A DNA stretch of 64,000 nt from Oscillospiraceae bacterium (GTDB lineage: Bacteria; Bacillota; Clostridia; Oscillospirales; CAG-272). The position numbers and the translations under genes were made by a program. The notes under the pieces were generated by a model, which did no database searches, was not told the origin of the DNA, and saw only the letters and a program-made list of their open reading frames with translations. This document shows positions 61,485 through 64,000 of this stretch, piece by piece (within the stretch, counting starts at the first letter, position 1; each line of letters starts with the position of its first letter). The stretch lies in NCBI GenBank assembly GCA_015063645.1, contig SVTS01000001.1, positions 23,578 to 87,577 on the forward strand, in the 5' to 3' direction.

Positions 61485-62960
61485 ATGAAAAAGAATATTA
61501 TCCGAATCATCGCGGCACTTCTTGTGCTGATTATGCCGCTGGGCATTCTTGTGCTTGCGGCTTACGCGACGCCGTCCGTCTACGATGCCACGTTTGTCGG
61601 AGCGCTGGATGAAAAATTTGACAGACTCACTTCCCTTGAGGGAAAGAAGATCGTCATAGTTGGCGGTTCTTCCGCCGCATTCGGTATCGACAGCGCCATG
61701 ATTGAGAAATACACAGGGTTGCCTGTGGTGAATTTCGGTCTGTATGCCGCGCTGGGTACAAAGATCATGATGGATATCTCACGTCCCGGCATCGGTGCGG
61801 GTGACGTTGTCGTTCTTGCACCTGAAATGGATCCGCAGACTTTATCGCTGTATTTCAACTCCGATTCTGCACTGACGGCGATGGACGGCAATTTCTCCAT
61901 GGCACGCTACATCCGCGGAGACAACAAGCTGTCACTGCTCGGTGCGACCTGGCGATTCGGCGCTGAAAAGCTGCAGTATCTGCTCACGGATACCCGTCCC
62001 GCTGCCAGCGGCGCCTATGATTCATCTTACTTCAATGAATACGGTGATCTGACGTATCCCCGTGCGGAAAACGTAATGGGCATGTATTATGATCCAAACA
62101 CGCCAATCGATCTGCGTGCCGAGACGGTGGATGCAGAATTCATTGACTATGTGAATGAGTACATCCGTTACTGCGAAAAGCAGGGTGCCACGGTCTACTT
62201 CGGATTCTGTCCGATGAATGAGATGGCACTTACTGAGGAAACCACGGCTGAAAGCATCTCTGCATTCGAGAAATTCCTTGCTGATTCGCTCACATGTCCG
62301 ATACTCGGGTCTGCATCCGACCACATCTACACGGCAGAATACTTTTACGACAGCAATTTCCACTGCAATGATGTCGGTGTGAAGCTGCACACCGTTGCGC
62401 TGGTCAAGGAACTTCTCCTTGCTCTGGGAATTCCTGCATTTGTCAAAGAAGAGATTCCGGAAGCCCCTGCTCTGCCGGACATCGACATCCGCTACTTCGG
62501 CGATGCAGATGAGAATGCAGTGTATTTTACCTATGAGATGACGGACTTCGGTTACCGGATCACCGGGCTGACCGAACTGGGCAAACAGCAGAAAACGCTG
62601 ACAATGCCCATCTGTTATGAGGGTTACCGAGTTTCCCTGCTGGGCGCCAATGCGCTGTCGGGCGGTATATGCGAGAAGTTCATTATTCCTGCGGCATTTG
62701 AGCAGTTTATTTCCGAGGTCACATCTTCCATGATGACCATCGAAAATGACGCGTTTATCGGTGCCTCTGCGCTGAAAGAGCTTTGGATTTACAACCGCCA
62801 CGAAGCTACGGTTATGCCTCCGGTTTCCTTTGAAGGCGTACACAAGGATTTCGTTGTTCATGTTCCTGACGGATCCAGTTACGGCGAAGGGTATTTCTGG
62901 GGTGAAAGAAAGCTGAACGGTGTGAATCTTGTCTTTATCCAGGATATCATAATGGAATAA
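61485..62960 (+). CDS. N-terminally membrane-anchored SGNH/DltD-like protein P3 with C-terminal LRR-like segment
   Basis: 491 aa with a GAGGAGGG RBS. One N-terminal TM helix. VIVGGSSAAFG and DSNFHCNDVG motifs align with the C-terminal domains of P1/P2. The C-terminal part is LRR-like (IENDAFIGASALKELWIYN). Confidence 0.7.
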   Translation: MKKNIIRIIAALLVLIMPLGILVLAAYATPSVYDATFVGALDEKFDRLTSLEGKKIVIVGGSSAAFGIDSAMIEKYTGLPVVNFGLYAALGTKIMMDISRPGIGAGDVVVLAPEMDPQTLSLYFNSDSALTAMDGNFSMARYIRGDNKLSLLGATWRFGAEKLQYLLTDTRPAASGAYDSSYFNEYGDLTYPRAENVMGMYYDPNTPIDLRAETVDAEFIDYVNEYIRYCEKQGATVYFGFCPMNEMALTEETTAESISAFEKFLADSLTCPILGSASDHIYTAEYFYDSNFHCNDVGVKLHTVALVKELLLALGIPAFVKEEIPEAPALPDIDIRYFGDADENAVYFTYEMTDFGYRITGLTELGKQQKTLTMPICYEGYRVSLLGANALSGGICEKFIIPAAFEQFISEVTSSMMTIENDAFIGASALKELWIYNRHEATVMPPVSFEGVHKDFVVHVPDGSSYGEGYFWGERKLNGVNLVFIQDIIME

Positions 62961-62965
62961 AAAAG

Positions 62966-62992
62966 CGTGGATCCCTTTCCCGGGGATCCACG
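62966..62992. terminator. Hairpin terminator between convergent genes
   Basis: cgtggatccc / gggatccacg stem followed by TTATTTTA. Confidence 0.6.
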
Positions 62993-62997
62993 TTATT

Positions 62998-64000
62998 TTA
63001 TGCCTCTTCTTTGGGAATATAAACGGCAACGCCGTTGATCTCTACGCCTTCGCTTACAGGGATCATCAGATACTTCCGTCCGTCGATCACGCGGGTTTCT
63101 ACCATATAGCTGGCTTCTGGCGCGACGGAGATTTTCACCTGGGGCATGGTCAGGTTGAATTTTTTCACATCTACGATATTGCCCGGATTCAGCGGTGCGC
63201 CTGCACCGAATGCTTCGGTACATTTCTCCTGGAATTTCTCGATCCGCTCCGCAGGCACTTCCAGCGATCGAAGCATATCGCCCACTTCCCTGCCGCTCAA
63301 TTCCAGCGGATCAGGTTCTTTGGCTTCCTTATGCTGTTCAAGACGCTCACGGATCTGTTCGTGAACAGTCTGCACTACCTCAAAGCTGCAGGATTCTTCC
63401 AGCGTTTCGGTCAGGATACTCTCAAACGTATCCCGCTGAATACCGGCGGACATGGGGGCATCGGTGTGGAAGAAGGATTCAATAAAGCTCTGATGAACAT
63501 CCGCGGTATTCCGGGAGTAATACAGGGCGCTGTAGATATTGGCACGGCGTCCGTCAAATGCGGGAAACATGAATCCCATCTCCGGTGCGCTGACACCCTG
63601 TGCGGATGTACAGTTCTGGAATGTTTTTTCACCTGCTACATAGCCGAGTTCTGTTTTCCCCTCATGCACCGGACAGATGCTGCAGAGAAGATAGGTGAAC
63701 ATCGTATCGGACTGACGATCCGTTTCCTCTCCGTCTTTCGATCTCCATGGAACATCATATGTATCCGCCGCAAGAAGGATCAGATAATTGGTATCTTTCA
63801 GATCCACGCCTGCGATGATACGGCGGAAGAAATCCTTGCGGGCCTCCTCATCCGCACAAAGCGTGGAACGGAGTTTTGTCAGAAGAGCATGCTCTTCGCT
63901 CGTTTCCACCTGTACGGTGGAGAATGGGATATCAAGCAGAGACCGCCCGATACCGCCGGACAGGGATTTTTTGAAAAGAGCCAGGAAACGCTCCACTTCA
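62998..64000 (-). CDS. Hypothetical cytoplasmic protein, 5' end probably outside window
   Basis: The ORF runs to the window edge: the frame is still open upstream of the GTG at 63996. No family recognised. Confidence 0.5.
   Translation of the reverse strand, partial: EVERFLALFKKSLSGGIGRSLLDIPFSTVQVETSEEHALLTKLRSTLCADEEARKDFFRRIIAGVDLKDTNYLILLAADTYDVPWRSKDGEETDRQSDTMFTYLLCSICPVHEGKTELGYVAGEKTFQNCTSAQGVSAPEMGFMFPAFDGRRANIYSALYYSRNTADVHQSFIESFFHTDAPMSAGIQRDTFESILTETLEESCSFEVVQTVHEQIRERLEQHKEAKEPDPLELSGREVGDMLRSLEVPAERIEKFQEKCTEAFGAGAPLNPGNIVDVKKFNLTMPQVKISVAPEASYMVETRVIDGRKYLMIPVSEGVEINGVAVYIPKEEA

Noticed and set aside
1-64000. Looked for rRNA/tRNA genes, CRISPR arrays, transposases, integrases, phage genes, toxin-antitoxin pairs and classic defence genes.
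   Set aside because: No regularly spaced direct repeats, no cloverleaf-like or rRNA-like segments, and no DDE, tyrosine- or serine-recombinase motifs were recognised by eye. A proper tRNAscan/Infernal/CRISPR finder run was not possible.

Overview
This is a gene-dense 64-kb chromosomal window with about 50 credible CDS. It looks like a strictly anaerobic Firmicutes/Clostridia-type organism, an inference from AGGAGG-type RBSs, lipobox solute-binding proteins, a FakA/FakB-like pair and glycyl radical enzymes. All family calls were made by eye from motifs; no database search was run. Layout: (i) 1-8 kb holds two MATE exporters plus a fatty-acid handling unit: acyl-CoA ligase, TetR, DegV/FakB-like and DAK2/FakA-like genes. 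A shared palindrome sits in front of both the TetR and ligase genes. (ii) 8-54 kb is a mosaic of small catabolic units with five AraC regulators. It contains cytoplasmic glycosidase-like enzymes (GH78-like, two GH36/clan-D-like, two large proteins of unknown family) and an AraA-like isomerase. It also has four Gfo/Idh/MocA dehydrogenases, a xylose-isomerase-like TIM-barrel protein, three SGNH esterases, a CE15-like esterase and an M20 amidohydrolase. Two tandem carbon-nitrogen hydrolases with an extra N-terminal domain and two lipoprotein SBPs with no permease genes complete this block. Embedded here are two divergent, short glycyl radical enzymes (738 and 728 aa). Each sits next to Gfo/Idh/MocA dehydrogenases, there is only one activase, and both lack the canonical Cys-loop residues of characterised GRE classes. 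This is my top candidate for undescribed biology. (iii) 54-63 kb is a GntR/PBP1-regulator-adjacent MBOAT acyltransferase module. It has three extracytoplasmic SGNH/DltD-like partner proteins (two tandem about 787-aa lipoproteins with B-repeat and LRR-like parts) and a small membrane protein translationally coupled to the MBOAT. A 421-bp nearly fully palindromic foldback element lies between the two C-N hydrolase paralogs. No rRNA, tRNA, CRISPR array, transposase or integrase was recognised.
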